DNA of 64,000 nt from an uncultured bacterium. GTDB taxonomy: Bacteria > Chloroflexota > UBA5177 > JANWHV01. The stretch lies in assembly GCA_963827235.1 (NCBI GenBank), contig CAWHAE010000009.1, positions 1,232,239 through 1,296,238 of the forward strand. Direction: 5' to 3'. Shown here piece after piece: positions 1-9,146 of this stretch (its first letter is position 1; every line of letters starts with the position of its first letter). Position numbers and translations under genes: made by a program. The notes under the pieces are model-generated. The model saw only the letters and a list, made by a program, of their open reading frames with translations, ran no database searches and was not told the DNA's origin.

Positions 1-545
1 CCATCCAGTCACTGGTGCAAGGCGAGCTTGCCCAGATGAGCGCCGCCTACCGCATTGAAGCCAGCGCGGAGAACTACGAATCGCGCATCGCCGCCAAGTC
101 CGCGAGCCTGTTCGTTTTGGCCGCCGAGGGCGGCGCGGAGTGCGGTGGGGCGACCGGCAGCCAGGCCCTGGCCATGCGCGACTACGCGCACAATCTGGGC
201 CTGGCGTTTCAGATTGCCGACGACGTACTGGACTACACGGCCACCACGGAAGAGCTGGGCAAGCCGGCAGGCAGCGACCTGAAGAACGGCGTGGTGACGC
301 TGCCGGCCCTCTACTACCTGGAGCCGCTGCCGCCCGAAGCGTGGGAGCGACGCCTCGTAGAAGAGGGCGGCGACGTGTCGCCCGTCGTCGCCGCCATCCA
401 GGCGTCGACGGCGCCTGCGCGCGCGCTGTCTCACGCTCACCGGCTCGCGGAGCGGGCAGCCGCCGCGCTCGACGTCTTTCCGCCCTCCGCCGAGCGGTCG
501 GGTCTGCTCAACCTGGCTGCCGCCGCCGTGAGCCGGCGAGCATAG
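1..545 (+). CDS. Polyprenyl (trans-isoprenyl) diphosphate synthase, 5'-truncated by window edge
   Basis: Frame is open from the window start; GLAFQIADDVLDY (second Asp-rich motif) and LGKPAGSDLKNGVVTLP are typical of HepT/IspB enzymes. Confidence 0.92.
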   Translation, partial: IQSLVQGELAQMSAAYRIEASAENYESRIAAKSASLFVLAAEGGAECGGATGSQALAMRDYAHNLGLAFQIADDVLDYTATTEELGKPAGSDLKNGVVTLPALYYLEPLPPEAWERRLVEEGGDVSPVVAAIQASTAPARALSHAHRLAERAAAALDVFPPSAERSGLLNLAAAAVSRRA

Positions 546-794
546 CTCGAGACGAGCCGCCGGACCGGGGTGCGGCCGCGCCACTTGGCCCAGGCCCGCG
601 AGCAAGAGTCAGGCACTACCTCAGCACGCACTCTATGCCCTTCGGACAAAGTGATGGCGCGCCCGGAAGCCGGCCCTTAGTCAGGCCAAGGTGGAGCCCG
701 CAGGGGCGGAGTGAGCTCCGCGCTTGGCGGGCCCTGAGGCTCCCCAGGATGGATCGTGGGTCATCCTATGGGGGGTTCCCAGCGTGGCTTGCCT

Positions 795-1403
795 TTAGAA
801 CGGCATGCCGGCTTCGACAAAGGCGAGATTGGCGTCGAACTGCTCCCACACGTCGACGGTTGCGTCTTCGATCGCGGAGGTGAACGTGGCAAGAGATACG
901 CCCATCAGCACCCCGGCAAACGTGCGCACCCGGTAATCGTCCGGAGCGCAGTCAACGCGCTCCGCCAGGGCCTCCGCCACGAGCTGCATGCTGCGGACGA
1001 GCTCGTCGAGCATGGCCGCTCGCAGCTCGGGCACCGCGCGAGCCAGCGCCTGGCGCTCCCAGAGCTCTGCCATGTCCGCAGCGGAAAGCTGCTTGAACAC
1101 CGCCTGGAAGGCCCGCCTGACGACCTGAAGCGGGGTAAGCTCGGCAGGCTGCTGCCGGACGACCTCTTCGATCATGGCGTCGTAGAGATCCCGTACTACC
1201 ACGTCCTCTTTGGTGGGGAAGTAGCGGAAGAACGTGCTGGGCGAAACCTCGGCGGCCTCGGCGATCTGCTCTACCGTGGTCTCGTTGTACCCCTGCTCGC
1301 GGAAGAGGCGCAGGGCCTGCTGCTGGATGGTGGTGAAGGTCCTGGCCCTCTTCCGCTCGCGCAGGCTGCGCGCCGGTTTGTCCGCCTTAGGCAACGATTT
1401 CAT
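795..1403 (-). CDS. TetR/AcrR family transcriptional regulator
   Basis: SLRERKRART...LFREQGYNETTVEQIAEAAEVSPSTFFRYFPTKEDV HTH; overlaps the end of the MFS gene. Confidence 0.95.
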   Translation of the reverse strand: MKSLPKADKPARSLRERKRARTFTTIQQQALRLFREQGYNETTVEQIAEAAEVSPSTFFRYFPTKEDVVVRDLYDAMIEEVVRQQPAELTPLQVVRRAFQAVFKQLSAADMAELWERQALARAVPELRAAMLDELVRSMQLVAEALAERVDCAPDDYRVRTFAGVLMGVSLATFTSAIEDATVDVWEQFDANLAFVEAGMPF

Positions 1404-2937
1404 GTTCCAATTCTACCTGCTTGGCGCGATCGCCCGAGGGTGCCACGCCGCGGCGCGGCAGGAAGGCGAGCGCCAGCACCACGCCGACTACGCCGACCCC
1501 GGCGCAGACCACGAGCAGCTCATCCATGCCGTGCACGTAGGCGGATTGCACCGAGCGCAGCAGATCGCCCGATCCGAGCCGGCGCGCCACGGCAACCCCG
1601 GCCGATACGCTGTCGCGAGCGGTGCTCGCCAGTCCGGCCGGCAGCCTGGAGACGTCGAGCTTCGCGCGATAGGTGGTGTTGAGAATGGTGCCGAGTATGG
1701 CCACGCCGATCGTGGCGCCCACCTGGCGCATGGCCATGATCAGGGCGGAGCCGGCGCCACTGCGCTCCGCGGAGAGCACGCTCATCGCCGCATCCATGGT
1801 AGCCGGCAGTGCGAAGCCCATCCCCATGCCGACGACGAAGATCCACACCACGACGAAGCCATAGCCGGACTCCACGGTGGTGGCGGCACCCAGCCCCAGG
1901 CCAAGGGCGAGAAGCGAGAAGCCTGCCGCGGCGGTGAGCTTGGCACCGAGGCGCGGAGCCAGCCTGTCGGCCGACTGAGAGCCGACGAGCAGTCCCGCGA
2001 TAATCGGAATGAGCCGTATGCCGGTGCCTAGGGCATCGGAGCCGGTCACCGCCTGGAAGAACTGCGGCCCGGCAAAGAGCACGCCGAACATGGCAAACGA
2101 CACCGCCGTGGCCAGCAGCGTGCCCCAGGTGAAGTTTGCCGAGCGAAAGAGGGTAAGGTCGACCAGCGGCCGGCCGGCCCTGACCGCTGAGACGTGCCGC
2201 TCCCAGAGCACGAACGCGGCAAGCACGCAGGCCCCACCGGCCAGAGCCGCCACGGTCCCGGGATCGCCCCAGCCCTTTTCGCCGGCCTCGATGCAGCCAT
2301 AAGTCACGGCCGCCAGTCCCACGCAGGAAGCGAGCATGCCTCCGACGTCGAGATGGGGCCGCTCGGCGCTGCGCGATTCCGGCAGGAGCACAAGCACTGC
2401 GGCGAAGCCCAGCAGGGTGATGGGGACGTTGATCAAGAAGACCGAGCCCCACCAATAGTTGCTGAGCAACCAGCCGCCGAGAATCGGACCAATGGGAAAG
2501 CTGAGCGCGTTGGCCGTTATCCAGATGGCAAGGGCCCTGGGCCGCTCCTCCTCCGTGAAGATCACCGGCAGGACGGCAAGCGAGAGGGGCATCATGAAGG
2601 CCCCGCTGAGTCCGAGCATCGTACGCGCGACGATGAGCGCTCCGGCGGTGGGTGCATACGCGCAGGCAGCGGAGGATGCGCCGAACGTGAGAAGCGCGGC
2701 AAGCAAGAGCCTCTTGCGGCCGAACCGGTCGCCGAGCAGCCCGGCGGGCAGCAGTAGCGCGGCGAGCGCCAGGCTATAGGCATCGACGAACCACTGTAGT
2801 TGCGAGGTGGTGGCGTGGAGCGCCGTCGACAGGGTGGGCAGGGCGATGTTGATGATAGTGGCGTCAAGTCCGACGGCCAGCATGCTGAGGGCGAGGGCGG
2901 CCAGTGCCCACCACTTGCGAGTTCCCAGATCGTTCAT
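1387..2937 (-). CDS. DHA2 (EmrB/QacA) family MFS efflux transporter
   Basis: About 14 hydrophobic segments; LDATIINIALP, GLLGDRFGRKR (motif A), GPILGG, WWGSVFLINVPI. Confidence 0.95.
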   Translation of the reverse strand: MNDLGTRKWWALAALALSMLAVGLDATIINIALPTLSTALHATTSQLQWFVDAYSLALAALLLPAGLLGDRFGRKRLLLAALLTFGASSAACAYAPTAGALIVARTMLGLSGAFMMPLSLAVLPVIFTEEERPRALAIWITANALSFPIGPILGGWLLSNYWWGSVFLINVPITLLGFAAVLVLLPESRSAERPHLDVGGMLASCVGLAAVTYGCIEAGEKGWGDPGTVAALAGGACVLAAFVLWERHVSAVRAGRPLVDLTLFRSANFTWGTLLATAVSFAMFGVLFAGPQFFQAVTGSDALGTGIRLIPIIAGLLVGSQSADRLAPRLGAKLTAAAGFSLLALGLGLGAATTVESGYGFVVVWIFVVGMGMGFALPATMDAAMSVLSAERSGAGSALIMAMRQVGATIGVAILGTILNTTYRAKLDVSRLPAGLASTARDSVSAGVAVARRLGSGDLLRSVQSAYVHGMDELLVVCAGVGVVGVVLALAFLPRRGVAPSGDRAKQVELEHEIVA

Positions 2938-2950
2938 GGCAGCTCGTTCC

Positions 2951-3017
2951 TTTCGGTAGTAACCATCTAATAGTAGTTACTACTGAAAGCCTATTGATGT
3001 CAATAGGATGTCAATAG
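2951..3017 (-). promoter_or_regulatory. Putative promoter and TetR operator region of the MFS-tetR operon
   Basis: Imperfect inverted repeat TTTCGGTAGTAAC..GTTACTACTGAAA (2951-2988); palindrome CCTATTGA-TG-TCAATAGG (2990-3007); tandem GATGTCAATAG x2 giving two TTGACA hexamers on the minus strand. Confidence 0.6.
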
Positions 3018-3159
3018 TACCAAGTCGGTGCGCGCACATGCGATCGCCGGTTGGACGTAGGTCCGGCCTGGGCGGCGCACCAGCGCTGCACGTGAACGGC
3101 AGGGCATCACATGCCGCACGAGCTTGCCGGATGGTCGACGCAGCAAGCGCAGTGTGCGG

Positions 3160-6100
3160 CTACCGCTCCACGTGACCGCGGCCCTGCTCGGTGAGCACGA
3201 CGCAGGGCCTCTGATCCCTGTAGCTGGCGGCAAGCAGGCCTTCCCGGAGCAGGGCGTCGATCTCCCGCGTGATCGACGCCTGGGTTTGCCCGGTCAGGGC
3301 ACCGAAGAGCCTGCAACGCTCCGGCTCTATGGGGCTGCTGCCTGCACCGGCAAGGATTCTGCTGAGACCGGTTCTGCCGGCGGCAAAGGGCAACTCGTCG
3401 ACGAGATGCAGGATCGCGTCGCGCGGACTCAGACCCGTCACGCGCGGTGCCGCCGGCTGCGCCGGCACGCGCCGTTCGGCCCGGCGTCCCTTGGGCTCGC
3501 AGACATCGCACCGGCCACACGCCGCGGGGGCGGGCACGCCGAAGTGCCGCGCGATGACCCTGTTCCGGCACCCGGCAGTATCGATATAGCGAGCGAGCGC
3601 CCGGGCGCGGGCATCGGCAGCGCGGTCCATGGTCGCCAGAATCTCGTCCAGTCGCCCAGCAGCATCTGCCGGCACGGGGTCTGTCAGCACGATCTGCATT
3701 GAGGAGCGGGAGGTGGTGTAGCGGAGCACTCCCTGGTCCTGACACTGCAGCAGCAACTGTTCCACCAGGTCCGCCGAAGTACCCAGGTCTCGTGCCGCCT
3801 CGTCCACGCGCAGGCTGCGCTGGCGTCCCACCTGAAGGTGCAACGCCGCGGCTAGATCGTTGGCCTGCCGGTCCCGCGGATCACGCGACAGCATGATCGT
3901 CACCTCGCGTGGAACGTCGAGGCCGCGCGTCACGAACCCCGCTCGCTCCAGCACGCTGAGACCGACCCGCGTCGTCGTCTCCGTCCGATCGCTTTCTTCG
4001 CCGGCGTACAGCAGCGACCTGCCTTCGACAGGTCCGCCGGCGCTCTCGGTGACCGCGCGCCGCACTCGCCTGTACAGCTCGCGCAAGCCGTCGATCTGCA
4101 CGTGATCCTCGCGAGCCCGGCGAGTGAGCGTGCCCTTGTCCGACGGCGTGGCGAAGAGCACGCAGTGTGCAGGCCGGCCGTCTCGGCCGGCGCGGCCCGC
4201 CTCCTGGGTGTACGCTTCCAGCGAGTCCGAAGGCTGGTAGTGGACGATGAACCGGATGTCACGCTTGTTGACGCCCAGGCCGAACGCGATCGTGGCTACC
4301 AGGACACGCACCTGCCCTGCCATGAACGCATGCTGCGCGGACTCGCGCTCGGCGGCCGTCATGCCGGCGTGGTAATGGATCGCGCTTTCGCCCAGCCGGC
4401 GCAAGGTAGCTGCCAGGTGCTCGCAGCGATCGCGGCTGCCGGCATAGATGATTCCGGGGCCCGGAGCGCGACGCACGAACTCCAGGACACGCGAGCGCTT
4501 CTCCCGATCGTTTGCGACCTTGCACACCTCGAGGAAGAGGTTGTCGCGCAAGACACCGGTGTTTACCACGGCCAACGGACGGCCGAGCGTGTGGGCGATT
4601 TCCGCCTGCATATCGGCGGTGGCAGTGGCGGTGACGGCAAGGATCCTTGGCTTCCCGAGCAACTCCGCTACCTGGCCGATGGCAAGGTAGTCGGGTCGAA
4701 AGGCATGCCCCCACAGGCTGAGGCAGTGGGCTTCGTCGATGACCAGCAGGGAGATGCCGGCACGTTTCAGTGCATGGACCAGCCGGGCCTGTCGCAGCCG
4801 CTCTGGAGCGACGTAGACCAGGCTATAGTCGCCTGCTGCCAACCGCCGGTATCGGGTTTCCAGCTCGGCGGCCGGCAGTGTGCTGTTGATCACGCAGGCG
4901 CGCTCGGCCAGAGCCGGAATGTCGGCCAGACCGGCAACCTGGTCGGCCATCAGCGCGACGATCGGCGAGACGACGAGCACGACACCGGGCAATACCAGCG
5001 CCGGCAGCTGGAAGCAGAGGGATTTTCCGGCGCCGGTCGGCATGATGGCCAGCGTATCTTTGCCGTCACTCAGCACCGAGCGCAGTACTGCCGCCTGGCC
5101 GGTCCGGAAGGAGCCATGCCCAAAATGCTCGTAGAGAACGCCGGTCAGGTACTCGGGAGGGATCTCGTTCGCGTCGACCGCGAGCCGGGCAAGCATGTCT
5201 GCTCCCGGAACGGCGGCGACACGGACTGCATCGGCCCGCGACTTATCGGCCTCGGCGCGGCCGGACACGGTGCGCCGAGCAGATCGTGCCTCGGCCAACT
5301 GTGCTCGCACCCGTTCGGCCAGCTTGCCGATGGCGGCGTGGATCGCGGACTCCGCCCATTCGCGCTCCTCGGGACAGAGATCTGCCAGCCCGCGGAGCAG
5401 TGCAGGCCTGGCCTCCGCACCGCCGATCTCGACGGCATCGCGCAGCAGGGCAGCCGCGCCGGCCGCGTCTCCCGTCCGAGCAAGGGCGCCGGCAAGGCCG
5501 GAGAGGGCTTCGGGATGGTCCGGGCGTTGAGCCAGCGCCTCGCGGAACGCATGCTCGGCCTCGGTCGGGCTTCCGCGAGCAATGGCGAGGTGGCCGCGGG
5601 CCAGTGCCGGTGCTACGGACTGCTGCTCGGTAATAGACTCGATACCATGGGCATCCTCGGCGGCCGCCTCGATATCGCCGGCTGCGACATGTGCCTGCAG
5701 CATGATCATGCGCGGCAGGTAGCTGTCGCGCGTCTGCCGGCGCAGCTCGGCGCAGGCCAGCGCCTCGGGGATCCGACCGGCGCGCACGAGCAGTCGCGCC
5801 CATAGGTCGCGCTCGGTGAGCCCGGCCGTGCCCTGGCCGTCCGGGAAGAGCTGCTCGAGCACGGCCAAGCCGGCGTCCGGCCCGCCGTATTCGGCTGCCA
5901 GCAAGACCAGTCCGGTTCGCAACCGGCTGTTCCAGGTCGCCGGATCGTCGTCCGGCAGCAGGGCGAGACCGAAGAGCGCCAGCGGGCTCGACGAGGCGCT
6001 GCTGCCATCCACTCTCGGTGCGAAGTCGGCGAACGTTCGTCCTTTCAGGTAATCGGGAAAGGTGTGGACGCCGGTGATCTGCACGGAGCAGAGCCCCGGA

Positions 6101-6747
6101 TGTTTCTCCCAGCCGCGAGCCAGGCCGAGGCGGAGGAAGACGTCCCGCTCTTGCAGTATCCCGAGCAGATCGCGCGCGATCTGCTCGGGAGCGCGTCCGC
6201 ACTCGCCCTGGCGGTCGATATAGTAGCGCCAGGCCAGGTCGGTGACGGCCAGCCAGTAGACGGTGCCGCTGCCGTCCACGAACCCGAGCCGGTATCGTGC
6301 CGTGCCGTCCTTGCTCTCGTAGGTGCCGCCCAGCACATCGCGTGGTCGAAGCGTGCCGAGCGATCGGGGCCCGCTGCCGTCCATCACGTAGTGTCCCGGT
6401 TCCCGATGAATCGGCTGGCCGAAGACTGCCTCAACCGATTCGCGTGTGGTGGCTTGGAGCAGGTCGCGCCAGGCGGAATCCGGCAGCCGCCGGACGAAGG
6501 TCACGGAGTGCGGCGCGAACGGCACGTCTTCGGTGTGCGGTGGACTTGGAGTCGGCTCGCCGAGGTCGAGCTCGACTTCGGCCCCCGGGAAGACGATCGG
6601 TTTGCCGGGCAGGCCCAGCATGTACTCGAGAATACCGGGCGGCGGAAGGACCGGTCGAACGCACTGCACGCCGGGATCATAGCCCGCCACGCACACGCGT
6701 CCCTCCTGCATGCGCGTCAGGTCCGTGATCACGAGGCGCTTCTTCAC
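3160..6747 (-). CDS. recQ: Fusion protein: N-terminal dual-OB-type domain + TPR region + RecQ-family ATP-dependent DNA helicase
   Basis: Likely GTG start at 6747 overlapping the upstream TGA (GTGA). N-terminus LVITDLTRMQEGRVCVAG..CVRP; TPR-like helices; MPTGAGKS, DEAH, SLWGHAFRPDY, YTQEAGRAGRDG; Zn motif CR..CGRCDVC; C-terminal RQC-like winged helix. Confidence 0.85.
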   Translation of the reverse strand: MKKRLVITDLTRMQEGRVCVAGYDPGVQCVRPVLPPPGILEYMLGLPGKPIVFPGAEVELDLGEPTPSPPHTEDVPFAPHSVTFVRRLPDSAWRDLLQATTRESVEAVFGQPIHREPGHYVMDGSGPRSLGTLRPRDVLGGTYESKDGTARYRLGFVDGSGTVYWLAVTDLAWRYYIDRQGECGRAPEQIARDLLGILQERDVFLRLGLARGWEKHPGLCSVQITGVHTFPDYLKGRTFADFAPRVDGSSASSSPLALFGLALLPDDDPATWNSRLRTGLVLLAAEYGGPDAGLAVLEQLFPDGQGTAGLTERDLWARLLVRAGRIPEALACAELRRQTRDSYLPRMIMLQAHVAAGDIEAAAEDAHGIESITEQQSVAPALARGHLAIARGSPTEAEHAFREALAQRPDHPEALSGLAGALARTGDAAGAAALLRDAVEIGGAEARPALLRGLADLCPEEREWAESAIHAAIGKLAERVRAQLAEARSARRTVSGRAEADKSRADAVRVAAVPGADMLARLAVDANEIPPEYLTGVLYEHFGHGSFRTGQAAVLRSVLSDGKDTLAIMPTGAGKSLCFQLPALVLPGVVLVVSPIVALMADQVAGLADIPALAERACVINSTLPAAELETRYRRLAAGDYSLVYVAPERLRQARLVHALKRAGISLLVIDEAHCLSLWGHAFRPDYLAIGQVAELLGKPRILAVTATATADMQAEIAHTLGRPLAVVNTGVLRDNLFLEVCKVANDREKRSRVLEFVRRAPGPGIIYAGSRDRCEHLAATLRRLGESAIHYHAGMTAAERESAQHAFMAGQVRVLVATIAFGLGVNKRDIRFIVHYQPSDSLEAYTQEAGRAGRDGRPAHCVLFATPSDKGTLTRRAREDHVQIDGLRELYRRVRRAVTESAGGPVEGRSLLYAGEESDRTETTTRVGLSVLERAGFVTRGLDVPREVTIMLSRDPRDRQANDLAAALHLQVGRQRSLRVDEAARDLGTSADLVEQLLLQCQDQGVLRYTTSRSSMQIVLTDPVPADAAGRLDEILATMDRAADARARALARYIDTAGCRNRVIARHFGVPAPAACGRCDVCEPKGRRAERRVPAQPAAPRVTGLSPRDAILHLVDELPFAAGRTGLSRILAGAGSSPIEPERCRLFGALTGQTQASITREIDALLREGLLAASYRDQRPCVVLTEQGRGHVER

Positions 6748-7184
6748 AAGTGGACGATCTCCACGCCGGGCCAGTGTGCTGCCAAGCGCTCGGCCACGAG
6801 GCGCCGGTGACAGTGTTGCGCCGTGGACTCGCTGCACAGCAGGCACGAGGTCAGCGTCTCGAACTCCGACCGATCCAGCACGCCGGGCACGCCCCGCTCC
6901 ACCATCAAGGCATCGAACCGTCCCACGTAGGTAGCCCAGTCGGTGCCGGCACGATAGTCCTGAAGCAGCTCCTTGGTCGGAGCGAGCACCGGCATGTGGA
7001 CGTACCCGCAGCCGTTCGCCAGTCTGGAGAGGAAATAGGGCAGATCATCTCTGCGGGCGAAGCCGGAAAGCTGCCCGTCCGGGCTGAGCCGGATATCGAC
7101 CACACGCTGGATCGCATGCCGGCACAGCAAGCCGAAGAACGCTTCCGCTCGTTTCTGAGTGAAGCCGATCGTGTAGAGTTTCAT
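6744..7184 (-). CDS. DUF488 family protein
   Basis: LYTIGFTQK, VDIRL..QLSGFA, LAPTKELL, LLCSE..AQHCHRRLVAE. Confidence 0.9.
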   Translation of the reverse strand: MKLYTIGFTQKRAEAFFGLLCRHAIQRVVDIRLSPDGQLSGFARRDDLPYFLSRLANGCGYVHMPVLAPTKELLQDYRAGTDWATYVGRFDALMVERGVPGVLDRSEFETLTSCLLCSESTAQHCHRRLVAERLAAHWPGVEIVHL

Positions 7185-7192
7185 GGCTCTCC

Positions 7193-7738
7193 CTAGAATA
7201 GAGACTGCTGTATGACGGCAGGCGCGTCGACCGATTTCAAGATCGTGCGCGCCGCGAACACCGTGCCGTCACCGCGGACGTGCCGCACCTCCACCTCGGG
7301 ATAGTTGGCGAGGAGATAGCGGGCGATCAGGTGATGCCGGTGGCATTGCGCGGGATCCTCCTCGCTACACAGGACCGCAACGGACTCCGACGCGGCGATC
7401 TCCAGCAAGCGCGCGATCCCCTTGAGGAACCATTCTCGCTGCATGACTGCCGGATAGTCGACCTCATGCAGGAAGTCCGCGTCGTCGCCGGGAAGCTCGC
7501 CGCTCTTGTAGCAGGTGGGATCGGCGGGCCGCCCTCCCAGATGTTTGCCGCCATACGCATACCCGACGTGATGCTGGGCAAGGAGCGTTTCCAGGCTGCC
7601 TTTATTGAACTGTGGGTTGTAGCGGCTATACGGCGCCGACCGCACGTCCACCACGCTGGTCACGCCGGTCGTCCGCAGCAGCTCGATGAGCCTCTCCGCG
7701 CTGTGATTGCTATGGCCTATCGTGAAGATCGTCGTCAT
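7193..7738 (-). CDS. DUF488 family protein (second paralog)
   Basis: Likely ATG 7738 (MTTIFTIGHSNH); VDVRSAPYSRYNPQFN, LGGRP, LCSEEDPAQCHR; TG-n-TAACAT extended -10 at about 7779-7787. Confidence 0.9.
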   Translation of the reverse strand: MTTIFTIGHSNHSAERLIELLRTTGVTSVVDVRSAPYSRYNPQFNKGSLETLLAQHHVGYAYGGKHLGGRPADPTCYKSGELPGDDADFLHEVDYPAVMQREWFLKGIARLLEIAASESVAVLCSEEDPAQCHRHHLIARYLLANYPEVEVRHVRGDGTVFAARTILKSVDAPAVIQQSLF

Positions 7739-7917
7739 CGGGCGTTCCCGTTCGGAGTAGACGTGCAGCGTCGCCCGAAATGTTACCACGGTCCATGCAG
7801 TTACCGGCCGGACCCAGGCGTGTTGAGCGTGAAAGACGTGCGCGCCTGTTGACCGGCGGGCTCCCCGGCACTAGACTGGCGCTGTGGCAGGTGTCGTTGA
7901 GCGAGGGAGGACTGGGC

Positions 7918-9084
7918 ATGCATGGTATGTCTCGCTATGCCGCGGTAGCCGCGATTATCGTCCCCCTTCTTCTGGCGTTCGTTCCAGCACACCGGGCGGC
8001 TCAAGCGGGCTGCACGGGATTCCCCAACATCGGCGTGCTCGCCCTGGGGCCCAACGGCACACTCCTCGCGGGCACGCGAGACGGGCACGTCTACCGGAGC
8101 GTGATCGGCCAGCTCTGCTGGGTGGAGCTGTCCAGCTACCCGCGCGGCGTGGAGATCGGCACGGTGGTGGTGCCGCCCGGTAGACCGCACACGATTCTGG
8201 CTGGCGGTAGCTGGGTGGCCAGCAACACTCCCGAGAGCCAAGTACTCTATCGCAGCGAGGACGATGGGGCGACGTGGACCGCCGCGACGGCCGGACTGCC
8301 GCACACGCCGATCCTGCCGGTGAGCATCGCCGTCTCGGCGGGCAGCACGCTGGTGCTCTCGTACGTCTGCCAGAAGGATCATCTGGCTACGCAGAAGAAT
8401 CGACTCTGCCCGCAAGGACTGGCTCGCAGTGTCGACGGCGGCCGTCTGTGGCATCCGGTCGGTCCACCGGCTGTAGACGCTCGCAATGTCGTTGCCCTGC
8501 CCGACGACACGTTCCTGGCTCTTCTGGCACTGAAAGAGAGCAGCGCCGGATCCGTCTACCATCATCCGGCGGCGCTCTTCCGCTCGGCAGACGACGGCCT
8601 GACCTGGAAGCCGGTGACGACACTCTCCGGCACTGAAGATCGAAATGCGCTGTCACACCTGGAAGGGATCTCCTCCTTTTTCGCCGTACCCTGGAACCCG
8701 GCGGATCTCTTGATCGGCACCGACTTCATCTATTTCACTGCCATTGCCTTCCGATCGCACGATGGCGGAGCGCACTGGTCTCTTGTGTGGGCTGCCGTGA
8801 AGGCAAAGGTGCATAACGCGCTGGCCGAGCCGGCGGTCGTCGCGTTCGCCGCGTTGCCCAAGACGCACACCCTGCTGTTCACCGACTGGGGCGCGATTTA
8901 CCGCTCCGTCGACGGTGGCACGACCTGGGATTGCACCACTATTACACCGGCTGCGGACGCCACGCACCCCTTCCGCTTCTGGAGTCTGCTGGTCGCTTCA
9001 GACGGCTCCACGGCCTACGCCGGAGGGGTCGCGGGCCTCTACCGCAGCGCCGACGATGGGCTGTCGTGGAGTAAGCTCCCGTAG
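7918..9084 (+). CDS. Secreted BNR/Asp-box repeat beta-propeller protein
   Basis: GGAGG RBS before ATG 7918; signal peptide (AHRAAQA); repeated SxDxGxTW Asp-boxes (RSEDDGATW, RSADDGLTW, RSHDGGAHW, RSVDGGTTW). Confidence 0.85.
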   Translation: MHGMSRYAAVAAIIVPLLLAFVPAHRAAQAGCTGFPNIGVLALGPNGTLLAGTRDGHVYRSVIGQLCWVELSSYPRGVEIGTVVVPPGRPHTILAGGSWVASNTPESQVLYRSEDDGATWTAATAGLPHTPILPVSIAVSAGSTLVLSYVCQKDHLATQKNRLCPQGLARSVDGGRLWHPVGPPAVDARNVVALPDDTFLALLALKESSAGSVYHHPAALFRSADDGLTWKPVTTLSGTEDRNALSHLEGISSFFAVPWNPADLLIGTDFIYFTAIAFRSHDGGAHWSLVWAAVKAKVHNALAEPAVVAFAALPKTHTLLFTDWGAIYRSVDGGTTWDCTTITPAADATHPFRFWSLLVASDGSTAYAGGVAGLYRSADDGLSWSKLP

Positions 9085-9146
9085 TCGAGGCAGTCCTCTG
9101 CGCGGTGAGCTCCGGGTAGAGGCTAGATGGGCAAGAGGAGGAGCTT

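Noticed and set aside
546-794. Possible ncRNA or terminator between the convergent prenyl synthase and tetR genes
   Set aside because: Only generic GC-rich hairpins, with no U-tract or recognisable RNA family
4102-5805. 567-aa plus-strand ORF, and similar long ORFs such as 22047-23567 (-), 28054-29715 (+), 15414-16079 (-), 30389-31573 (-)
   Set aside because: Antisense shadows of well-supported genes, expected in high-GC DNA, with no recognisable motifs
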